The position numbers and the translations under genes are program-made. Under the pieces are notes generated by a model, which saw only the letters and a program-made list of their open reading frames with translations, searched no databases and was not told the DNA's origin. A stretch of 64,000 nt of DNA, taken from assembly GCA_964016885.1 (NCBI GenBank), contig OZ024757.1, positions 15,376,001 to 15,440,000 of the forward strand, given 5' to 3'. Positions 1-12,900 of the stretch are shown here, one piece after another. Every line of letters starts with the position of its first letter. Within the stretch, counting starts at the first letter, position 1. Source of the DNA: Eledone cirrhosa. Taxonomy: Eukaryota.

Positions 1-749
1 TTAATTAATTATTTATGTTAATTATTGGAGATAATCTTAATAAATTAATTAGGAAATCTATAAAACAAACCAATCTGAAATCTGCATAAATTGAAATTTA
101 ATTTTTGTAATCTAATTAGACTATTTTATTATTACTTGATTCTTAAAAAAAGGATTTTATGAGTAAATTTAATTTTCAGCATGCATCAATTTTCTTGAAA
201 GCAAAATTATGGATAATCCTTAGATACTCTGTAAACATTTCTCAATATAAACAGTTTAACCCTTGTTAGTTTTATAATGCAAAATTGCCCATTTTAATGT
301 GCTTTTATAAAAACACTCCTAAATAATCTTATGTAAGATCCTTTTGTTAAATAATGTTCAAAATATCAGCTTTAGAATGAAAATGAAAATATTAAGCTAT
401 AATTAATATTAATTATTAAATCCTTCCAAATTTCTTTCATTGTTTTCACAATTCATTGAAACACACTGGCTATTGTTTTAATTAGAAATATGGTAATAAA
501 AAGGGTTAAAGACAGATAATGAGCAAAACCTGTACATTTGCTAGCACCACCATGTCTGTCACCAGCAAACCCACCATCATCACCACCATCACCATAATCA
601 TTATTAAAACAAAAAAAAAAAAAAAAAAAGGAAAGAAGCATTCCACCTATGAAGACACATTTCATTACCTGGTTGGGTATTGTTTCTGTTTGCATCTAGG
701 AATAAAAACCAATGACAGAGAATTTGTAATTGAAGAAATTAACTATTAA

Positions 750-1131
750 CTCTTAACATCCTGGAATGATTTAGCATAAAATGTCTGAGTATGAGTTAGT
801 TAATTCAAATGTTTGTAGTATCTTTACCGGTGGACAGATAATTGTAGAAATTTTCAGTATTACAGTAAAGACTTTAATATTTAATCTGATGCAGTTATAG
901 TGCAGTGCTGTTTTGTACTTTTCAAGAATATCTTGCTGATGTAGGTTAGCATGGTTTGTCAATTCCAAAGTTTAGAGTATCTTTACTAGTGGACCAATGT
1001 TTGTGAAAATTTGAAGTAAACTAATGTAAAGACTTCAATTTTTAATGTAATACAAGCCAAGCACAGTGCTGTTTTGTGCTCCTCAAGAATGTCTTGCTAT
1101 TATGGTTTCATTCGGTACAGGACGTTAAGAG
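750..1131. mobile_element. TTAA-flanked MITE (piggyBac-type) with internal duplication; related copy at ~29805-30126
   Basis: TTAA|CTCTTAACATCCTG ... CAGGACGTTAAGAG|TTAA. Confidence 0.75.
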
Positions 1132-1782
1132 TTAATTTACCTAAAGAATTGTAATTAATCTTTCAAGAAGTAAATGAAATATGACAATAATGAACTAGAT
1201 TTTAATTAAATGACCTTTACACATTGCATATCAACTTGCCAAAATCTGTTTCTGTGTCTATGAAAACCCCCACCAATTTTAAAGGGTTCCAGCACAATTT
1301 TATATAAGAACATTTTAAGTTAATGTACAAATATTTTATTATTTAAATAATAAATATTTTTGTAAATTTCTCCAAATTCTTCATTAATTAATTAAAATTA
1401 CGTTATTATTTAATTAACGAAAGATTTTAGTAAATCCCTCCAAATTTTTTATTATATTCATAATTATTTGAAAACCATAGGCAGTGTCTTTCATTAGAAT
1501 ATGATAAGGAGAAGGTTAACCTTACAAACTCTTAGAAGTTATGGGCTTGCTTGAGGAGATTTCTTCTCTGAAGACTTACTGTATCTAGCTCTCCTGAGAG
1601 CTTCTTACTACCTCCAAATTTTTTATTATTTCCAAATTATTTGAAAACCATAGGCAAGGAAAGGGTTACCCATACAAATATATATCTATGTCCATTACTT
1701 GTATTAAATTTGAAGACAAATTTTCTAAAATACAAGAAACTATGACCAGAACAAAACAAACAATTAATTTAATTTAACTTAC

Positions 1783-1922
1783 TTGATTCATTTAAACTGA
1801 CGTTATCGAGAGGGGAGCGTTCCTTTTTCAAATTTGATTCCATGTCAATTTTATTTCGCTCGCCTTTTAAGTTGTTCTGGTTAAGATTTGAGTCCAAACG
1901 GGAAGTGTGACTGAAAGAAATA
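1783..1922 (-). CDS. Cav2: Cav2 alpha-1 exon, II-III loop (ISFSHTSRLDSNLNQNNLKGERNKIDMESNLKKERSPLDNVSLNES); alternative in-frame acceptor at 1910
   Basis: ttcacttacag (or tttctttcag) acceptor and A|gtaagt donor; open in phase 2/1. Confidence 0.72.
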
Positions 1923-2710
1923 CTGTAAGTGAAAAATTTTATCTTAACAACCGAATAAACATTTGTGCAGAAGAAAACAAAGGCTTAACAGATCTGACTA
2001 GATAAGAGTGAGGTAGTTGAAAGAGCAGCTGAGTTAACTGAAAGATGAAAATAAAAAGACAACATTAGTATAAGTTGACTTTTAAGGTCAAAATCAAAAC
2101 GAAAAAAGATTTATGGAAACTAAAAAAGAGGGAAGAAGGAAAGAACTAAATAAAATGTGGTGCAGTAAAAAAAGAAGATGAAAAAGAAGAGAGGGAGAGA
2201 GAGAAAAATAATGTTTAAAAAGTGACAAAACAGATGAAATATTTGATATAAGACAAATTAAAATTTTGCGTTCTACAAGATACTTTCACTTATTCTATTC
2301 TTTCACTTATTCACTTATTCTGTCTTTGCATATTATTGACTGAGGTTGTGGCTCAAAAGGGAACTTTCAAGAAGCAAAACCCACAGTCACTTGTGATCAA
2401 AGTGAGGTCTTTATGTATATGTTTATGTACGAGTTATGCATATGCTTATGCATGTATATGATACACACTGTATATATCACCAGCATCATCATCAGTAGCA
2501 ACTTTATGTCCCATTTTCCATGCTGCAATGGGTTGAATGGGATGTTTTAAGACAAAATTTTACAGCTGGATGTCTGTCCTGATGTCAACTTTTTAATTGC
2601 CTGTCACTACATCTCTGCATGGAATTGGAAGAGACTAAAAGAGATGGAACCAGGAATGGCATCCGTCCAAAATATATTGTCTAAAAAAAAGACCCAATGT
2701 TAAATATAAA

Positions 2711-2750
<40 letters not shown>

Positions 2751-2778
2751 GTTAATTTCATTATGGCTAAATAGTAAG

Positions 2779-2828
2779 TCTTGTTACTCTGGAGTTTCAT
2801 CTGTTTATCACAGGGTCATTAGACAAGA
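2779..2828 (-). ncRNA. Degenerate type I hammerhead ribozyme motif (Penelope-like remnant)
   Basis: TCTTGT-CTAATGA-ccCTG tgataaa CAGat-GAAA-CTC ca GAG-TA-ACAAGA: stems I and III pair, GUA cleavage triplet present; core G5 mutated to A. Confidence 0.6.
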
Positions 2829-2852
2829 ACTCTCTCTCTATATATATACACA

Positions 2853-2898
<46 letters not shown>

Positions 2899-3621
2899 TT
2901 TGATTTACATACATATTTTTAATGTATAAAATGTATATGACCTTGTGTTTAAACTCATATAAATTTATTTACATATGTGGCCACAAACAAGTTGTCATAC
3001 TATTTTTAGTTTAAACACACACATACATATATATGCATGCACACACACACATATACACATACACACATACTAATATCTGTAGCTCTATGAAGAGATCAAT
3101 GGGGCAGATGTTTATATTCTAATATAGAAGCCATAGTAAAAAGAAATGTATCAACTCTTTGCTGGGCAGATTGTATGGGTAAAACCAACAGGTAGGAGAC
3201 CCAGGGGTAGACTCCGAGCAAGATGGTTGGGTAACATCCATGAACTTGGCTGATCATGCTTGGGGATCAACCCGGATTAATTGGAGACTGTTGCTTCGGA
3301 CAGGATCCAGTGGAGAGAATGTTTGAGGACTCTGCCTCCACGACCCTCTCAGGAATAAGTGGGCGAAGAAGAAGAAAAACTCTTCTGACATCAAATACGA
3401 CAACTAACATTTAAGCAATTTGCCATTCTACTCGAATGGCAGTGCTCCAGCATGGCCATAGCCACAATAGCTGGTTAGAATATAACTGAAAATCAAAATA
3501 TTTGTGAGAAGTATCACCAGGATTCTAAAGTTTATTACCATCTAAGTCAGAACTTCCAAAGCTATACACAATGGCGAGACACTTTAAAAATATTATTTTT
3601 CAAGGCACACTAGTTAGGGTT

Positions 3622-3860
3622 TATTAGCAACACAAAATATAATTTTTCACGAGACCTCAATTAGATTTTGTTAGCAACATAAAATATAATTTTTCATATC
3701 CGAATTAAATTTTGTTAGCAACACAAAATATAATTTTTCATATCCGAATTAGATTTTGTTAGCAACATAAAATATAATTTTTCATATCCGAATTAAATTT
3801 TGTTAGCAACACAAAATATAATTTTTCATGAAATCCTAATTAAATTTTGGTAGCAACACA
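3622..3860. repeat. ~44-bp tandem repeat, ~5.5 copies
   Basis: ttagcaacayaaaatataatttttcatatccgaattarattttg repeated. Confidence 0.9.
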
Positions 3861-4406
3861 TAATTAAATACATTAATCAATAAGCAATTAATACTATATA
3901 AGGTGTCACCAATCAGGTGTCTCAATATAGCCAGAGTAGAAGGAGCTCTTATATGGTAGAGAGAGTTCATAAGCTAGGGAGGGCTCTTACAGGGTAGAGA
4001 GAGCTTTTATAGTGTAGAGAGTTCTTATATGATAGAGAGGCCTCTTATAGGATAAATAGGGGTTTTATATGGTAGAGAGAACTCTTATAGGCTAGAGAGG
4101 GCCGCTATAGTGTAGAGAGAGCAAGATAGACAGAGCTCTTGCAGGGTAGAAGGAGCTTTTATATAGTAGAGACAGCCTTTATATTGTTGAAAGGGCTCTC
4201 ATATAGTAGAGGGGCATCTTATAAGCTACAGAGTGCGTGACCGTATTGTATCGACCCTGGAAGGATGTAAGATAAAGTTGACCTTGGTAGGATTTGAAAC
4301 CAGAATGTAGAGGGTGATAATGAAATATTGTAAGGCATTTCATCCAACACACTACCAAACCTATCAAACCATCACCTTCTCAGCTAGAAATAATAAAGAT
4401 ATATAA

Positions 4407-4604
4407 CAGGGTTGGCTGAAATGTTTATGGGCTGATTATGAAGGAGTGATGCTACAGCTGTGAAATCTTGCATGCATTAATTTCAACTCTTCATATTAAT
4501 AACAGTATTGTTTCTTTCCAGGGACAATGTCGAAAAATGCACCTCATTTGGTCATTCCATGAGAATATCTTGGTCAGCCTATGAACTTTTCTGCAGATGC
4601 TCAT
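4407..4604. mobile_element. Mariner-like MITE; shorter relative at 4860-4943
   Basis: cagggttggctgaaatgtttatgggctga / tcagcctatgaacttttctgc imperfect TIRs. Confidence 0.55.
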
Positions 4605-4621
4605 ATATATATATATATATA

Positions 4622-4840
4622 TAACGAAGGAAATGTGGTAAGGAACCAGGTGGACCATAACGCACCAAAGTACTCAATACTTGGGGTAGTAGAGTGGGTA
4701 ATAGGAACCAGTAAGACCCCGACGGCTGAGCTCAAGCCGTTTCGACGGCTAATTCTGGACTAAATGAAAATTTTCATTTAGTCCAGAATTAGCCGTCGAA
4801 ACGGCTTGAGCTCAGCCGTCGGGGTCTTACTGGTTCCTAT
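4622..4840. mobile_element. (TA)n-inserted element ending in a perfect 140-bp palindrome (4701-4840); Penelope pLTR-like
   Basis: 70-bp arms are exact reverse complements with no loop; second copy at 31474-31674, degenerate copy at ~32271-32380. Confidence 0.75.
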
Positions 4841-5164
4841 ATATATATATATATATATATGAGAGTAGTCTGAGGAGTTCATAGGCTATGAGGGATTGAT
4901 GCAGGAGCTGGTCAGCCTATGAACTTTCCAGCCGACCCTGGTATTGATAAACACTTACCCTATGGTTTAAACAGTCAATCTGTTCAATTCAATTGTAAAG
5001 AAAATATTTAAAAAATGAATAAAAAAACAACAAAATCAACACACAAAGAGTATAAGAAAAAAATTTCTACTTGAAAAATACCATTCCAAGTTTCGGCTTT
5101 GACTTTCATATTCCGTAATTTGTATTTTTTGTTTTTGTCTCTCAGATTTAATAACTATACCTAC

Positions 5165-5286
5165 TAAGGGAAATTTCCTGTTTTTAAATCTTCATTGTTC
5201 TGTGGTGATGGTGGACATATGTTCACTTGTGGCGGAGTTAATCCATACTGGTCTGGACAAAGATCTTTTTCTATCTCTTCCATTCT
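5165..5286 (-). CDS. Cav2: Cav2 alpha-1 exon, II-III loop (RMEEIEKDLCPDQYGLTPPQVNICPPSPQNNEDLKTGNFP)
   Basis: ctttgacag acceptor in phase 0; TA|gtaggt donor; 122 nt; joins the 1922 exon as a TAT codon. Confidence 0.8.
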
Positions 5287-5324
5287 CTGTCAAAGAGGTC
5301 AGACAAGAATGAATAGCTTTAAAA

Positions 5325-6720
<1,396 letters not shown>

Positions 6721-6851
6721 TGCAGGATATCCGTAGATAAAAGGTCACGAAAAACAATGCTCAAGAGCACTTATTTATTATATTTCACACACTTAACATG
6801 TATGTGTGATCTTAGGTTTCGAGTCCAGTTATGACCACCACTGCTGCCTCC

Positions 6852-7250
6852 CATGCTGCCAAAGATCAGAAACATTCTATTTAGTTTTTCACTATTTATA
6901 TGTCATGCAGCATGTGTCCCTACTTATTCCTCCTCTCCTACCAATATATTATTCACTGATGAGGTTTAATAAGACTAAAACATGTTTCAAGTTGTCTCTC
7001 ATGCTGCCAAAGATCAGAAACATTCTATTTAGTTTTTCACTATTTATATGTCATGCAGCATGTGTCCCTACTTATTCCTCCTCTCCTACCAATATATTAT
7101 TCACTGATGAGGTTTAATAAGACTAAAACATGTTTCAAGTTGTCTCTCATGCTGCTAATAATCAGAAACATTCTATTTTGTTTTTCACTATTTATCTTTC
7201 ATGCAGAAGGCGTCCCTGGTTATTCCTGCCCCCCTACCAATATAGTATTC
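6852..7250. repeat. 148-bp tandem repeat, ~2.7 copies
   Basis: catgctgccaaagatcagaaacattc recurs at ~6852, 7000 and 7148. Confidence 0.9.
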
Positions 7251-8329
7251 ACTCAAAACTTTAGACAAAGTAAAGAAACATATTTGAATTCTAATTCTTT
7301 TTTCTTTCTTTCCCTGCCTTTTCATTATTTTAAATGAAACAAACAAATGAAAAGTTAGTATAGTAACAGAAATGGGTAATTTAGCAGCAAATAGCTAAGG
7401 ACTGATTTAATTAATTATCCCCAATAGTTTCTAACAGCTTTTGTGTAGCAGGCTGGTTTGTATGACTAGAGGAAGTGTATAGAATATCTTCAACTGAAAT
7501 AGGAGCTAATATCACAAAACTAGTACAGAAATATATTCAAACTTTTGTGTTGTCTAACACACCAACTCTCAGCCTTTTCATTACCAAGGACCACTTTTAT
7601 TTAAATAAATTTCCCCACAGACTACGATGACTTCCCACTTCCTAGATTGTTATATGAGCCAGCAATTTTGGGGGAGAGGAAAGTGTGATTAAATCAACCT
7701 CAGTGCATGACTGGTACTTTATTTTATCAACTCTGTAAGTATGAAAGGCAAAGCTAACCATGACAGGATTTCAACTCAGAACATAAAGGGCCATAACCCT
7801 ATGCTGCAAAGCATGTTGTCAGACGCTCTACTGATTCTGCCAATCCATTGCCCTTCCTCATCAATTTACTAATAAAAACAGTTAATTATTTTACTAAATT
7901 CCATTCAAATATTTTGAAAATAAATGTAAAAATAAAATAAAATAAAACAGGCAAAATATTATATTGGATATAATGGAAATAATAATAATAACAATAGTAA
8001 TAATATTGAACATTATTTTATACAGTGCTCAGGCGCACTATAACTCATCAAAGGTTCATATAATAGCAATGTAAAGATTAATGTAATTTCTGGTTGCAAT
8101 AGATAGAAAAAGCATCAATAGAATTATAGCCAAGCCAAGAATATATCAAATGTAAATTGTAAATTATTTGTCTGTAAAGTTAAATAGATAAAAGTTTTAC
8201 AAATAACAGGAATTATAAATATTTTGTAGAAATAAAAAAAAAAAAAATAATAATTATTATTTACATAGTGAATTCTTTACGGTTATTGGCAAATTACTTT
8301 TGTGTGTATGTATTTATGTGTGTGTGTGC

Positions 8330-8370
<41 letters not shown>

Positions 8371-8456
8371 CATATATATATATATATATAAGCATATATA
8401 TGTATATATATATATACATATATATGCATATATATATATACATATATATGAATATG

Positions 8457-8522
<66 letters not shown>

Positions 8523-9229
8523 CATATTCATATATATGTATATATATATATGCATATATATGTATATATATATACATATATATGCTTATATATAGGCGAT
8601 GCGTTATGTCCTTGAGCAAGACACTTTATTTCACGTTGCTCCTTCTACCTGGAGTTGCGACCGATAGATAGTATTAGCAATTGGAAAGACCAACGGAAAC
8701 ATTGTTCCCTCAGTCCGATTTGACGAAAGTCGATCGTTCCTTTATATGTTATATATATACATATATATATGTATATATATACATATATATATCTATATAT
8801 ATACATATATATATACATATATATACGTATATATATACATATATATATGTATATATATACATATATATATGTATATATATACATATATATATGTATATAT
8901 ATACATATATATATATATATACATATATATATACATATATATATGTATATATATACATATATATATGTACATATATACATATATATATGTATATATATAC
9001 ATATATATATATGCATATATACACATATATGTATATATATACATATATATATATGCATATATACACATATATATATGCATATATATACATATATATATGT
9101 ATATATATACATATATATATGTATATATATACATATATATATGTATATATATACATATATATATGTATATATATATGTATATATATACATATATATATGT
9201 ATATATATACATATATACATATATATATG

Positions 9230-9261
<32 letters not shown>

Positions 9262-9931
9262 GACATACAAACATAATATACATATATACCTCTATATACA
9301 TATATATATATATTACAATTTATTGAAAAACAATAAGGAAAAAAAAGTAAATTTATTTACAAATGGACATATAAAGAAAATAAAAGAAATATTGATTAAG
9401 CAAAAAATCACACTGAAGAAGCTGAAAGAGACAAGGAACAGGAGATGGTGGAGACACAGCAGAGAATGGGGGATAAACATCGGAGGACATCAGTAAAGAA
9501 GGAAAGAGGGAAAAGTCAGCAAAAGAAGAGAAATGCCTGAAGCTTTTATAGATTCTTTCTGCTGGTCAAGAAGAAATATTTAACAAAAGGAAAAGGGCTG
9601 TTTGGTTTGGTGGGTTACATAGAATCGGTTAATGAACAGAGGAGTGGTAGGTGGCAAGATAACGTTGACTAATCATTTATCAAGGAGGACAAATATACAA
9701 CTAAACGAATATATACACTAATTATTGCACATTCCAGGTACTTGTTTAGAGATTTGAAGAAAAACAAAAAAAATGTCCTGGATTTAATTTTTATTTTAGT
9801 TTAAATTTTTGTTTTTGCATGCTTTTCTTTGGTGGTGGTGGTCGTGGTGGTGGTGATGGTGGGGAGGGGACACCCTTACCCTTCAGCATCTCCCTGAGCA
9901 ATCTAAGTTTCCCTCTGACCAGGTCACTACC

Positions 9932-12900
9932 TTCCCATTTAGCATCTTCCTGAGCAATCTAAGCTTCCTTCCGACCAAGGTCACTACAGGTGGAGACAGG
10001 TGCTCCCTTCCCATTTAGCATCTTCCTGAGCAATCTAAGCTTCCTTCTGACCAAGGTCACTACAGGTGGAGACAGGTGCTCCCTTCCCATTCAGCATCTT
10101 CCTGAGCAATCTAAGCTTCCTTCCGACCAAGGTCACTACAGGTGGAGACAGGTGCTCCCTTCCCATTTAGCATCTTCCTGAGCAATCTAAGCTTCCTTCC
10201 GACCAAGGTCACTACAGGTGGAGACAGGTGCTCCCTTCCCATTTAGCATCTTCCTGAGCAATCTAAGCTTCCTTCATACCAAGGTCACTACAGGTGGAGA
10301 CAGGTGCTCCCTTACCATTCAGCATCTCCCTGAGCAATCTAAGCTTCCTTCTGACCCAGGTCACTACAGGTGGAGACAGGTACTCCCTTCCCATTTAGCA
10401 TCTTCCTGAGCAATCTAAGCTTCCTTCATACCAAGGTCACTACAGGTGGAGACAGGTGCTCCCTTACCATTCAGCATCTCCCTGAGCAATCTAAGCTTCC
10501 TTCCGACCAAGGTCACTACAGGTGGAGACAAGTGCTCTCTTACCATTCAGCATCTCCCTGAGCAATCTAAGCTTCCTTCTGACCAAGGTCACTACAGGTG
10601 GAGACAGGTGCTCCCTTCCCATTCAGCATCTCCCTGAGCAATCTAAGCTTCCTTCCGACCAAGGTCACTACAGGTGGAGACAGGTGCTCCCTTCCCATTC
10701 AGCATCTCCCTGAGCAATCTAAGCTTCCTTCCGACCAAGGTCACTACAGGTGGAGACAGGTGCTCCCTTCCCATTCAGCATCTCCCTGAGCAATCTAAGC
10801 TTCCTTCTGACCAAGGTCACTACAGGTGGAGACAGGTACTCTCTTACCATTCAGCATCTCCCTGAGCAATCTAAGCTTCCTTCTGACCAAGGTCACTACA
10901 GGTGGAGACAGGTGCTCCCTTCCCATTCAGCATCTCCCTGAGCAATCTAAGCTTCCTTCTGACCAAGGTCACTACAGGTGGAGACAGGTACTCTCTTACC
11001 ATTCAGCATCTCCCTGAGCAATCTAAGCTTCCTTCTGACCAAGGTCACTACAGGTGGAGACAGGTGCTCCCTTCCCATTCAGCATCTCCCTGAGCAATCT
11101 AAGCTTCCTTCATACCAAGGTCACTACAGGTGGAGACAGGTACTCTCTTACCATTCAGCATCTCCCTGAGCAATCTAAGCTTCCTTCCGACCAAGGTCAC
11201 TTCAGGTGGAGACAGGTGCTCCCTTCCCATTCAGCATCTCCCTGAGCAATCTAAGCTTCCTTCCGACCAAGGTCACTACAGGTGGAGACAGGTGCTCCCT
11301 TCCCATTCAGCATCTCCCTGAGCAATCTAAGCTTCCTTCCGACCAAGGTCACTACAGGTGGAGACAGGTGCTCCCTTCCCATTCAGCATCTCCCTGAGCA
11401 ATCTAAGCTTCCTTCCGACCAAGGTCACTACAGGTGGAGACAGGTGCTCCCTTCCCATTCAGCATCTCCCTGAGCAATCTAAGCTTCCTTCCGACCAAGG
11501 TCACTACAGGTGGAGACAGGTGCTCCCTTCCCATTCAGCATCTCCCTGAGCAATCTAAGCTTCCTTCCGACCAAGGTCACTACAGGTGGAGACAGGTGCT
11601 CCCTTCCCATTCAGCATCTTCCTGAGCAATCTAAGCTTCCTTCTGACCCAGGTCACTACAGGTGGAGACAGGTACTCCCTTCCCATTTAGCATCTTCCTG
11701 AGCAATCTAAGCTTCCTTCCGACCAAGGTCACTACAGGTGGAGACAGGTGCTCCCTTACCATTCAGCATCTCCCTGAGCAATCTAAGCTTCCTTCCGACC
11801 AAGGTCACTACAGGTGGAGACAGGTGCTCTCTTACCATTCAGCATCTCCCTGAGCAATCTAAGCTTCCTTCATACCAAGGTCACTACAGGTGGAGACAGG
11901 TACTCTCTTACCATTCAGCATCTCCCTGAGCAATCTAAGCTTCCTTCTGACCAAGGTCACTACAGGTGGAGACAGATGCTCCTTACCATTCAGCATCTCC
12001 CTGAGCAATCTAAGCTTCCTTCATACCAAGGTCACTACAGGTGGAGACAGGTACTCCCTTCCCATTCAGCATCTCCCTGAGCAATCTAAGCTTCCTTCTG
12101 ACCAAGGTCACTACAGGTGGAGACAGGTGCTCCCTTCCCATTCAGCATCTCCCTGAGCAATCTAAGCTTCCTTCCGACCAAGGTCACTACAGGTGGAGAC
12201 AGGTACTCCCTTCCCATTCAGCATCTCCCTGAGCAATCTAAGCTTCCTTCATACCAAGGTCACTACAGGTGGAGACAGGTACTCTCTTACCATTCAGCAT
12301 CTCCCTGAGCAATCTAAGCTTCCTTCTGACAAAGGTCACTACAGGTGGAGACAGGTGCTCCCTTACCATTCAGCATCTCCCTGAGCAATCTAAGCTTCCT
12401 TCTGACCAAGGTCACTACAGGTGGAGACAGGTACTCCCTTCCCATTCAGCATCTCCCTGAGCAATCTAAGCTTCCTTCTGACCAAGGTCACTACAGGTGG
12501 AGACAGGTACTCCCTTCCCATTCAGCATCTCCCTGAGCAATCTAAGCTTCCTTCATACCAAGGTCACTACAGGTGGAGACAGGTACTCTCTTACCATTCA
12601 GCATCTCCCTGAGCAATCTAAGCTTCCTTCTGACAAAGGTCACTACAGGTGGAGACAGGTGCTCCCTTCCCATTCAGCATCTCCCTGAGCAATCTAAGCT
12701 TCCTTCTGACCAAGGTCACTACAGGTGGAGACAGGTACTCCCTTCCCATTCAGCATCTCCCTGAGCAATCTAAGCTTCCTTCATACCAAGGTCACTACAG
12801 GTGGAGACAGGTACTCTCTTACCATTCAGCATCTCCCTGAGCAATCTAAGCTTCCTTCATACCAAGGTCACTACAGGTGGAGACAGGTGCTCCCTTCCCA

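Noticed and set aside
5080-5166. Read-through of three TAG codons by A-to-I editing to Trp
   Set aside because: Needs three edits and has no compatible downstream exon; the TA|gtaggt donor explains the frame simply.
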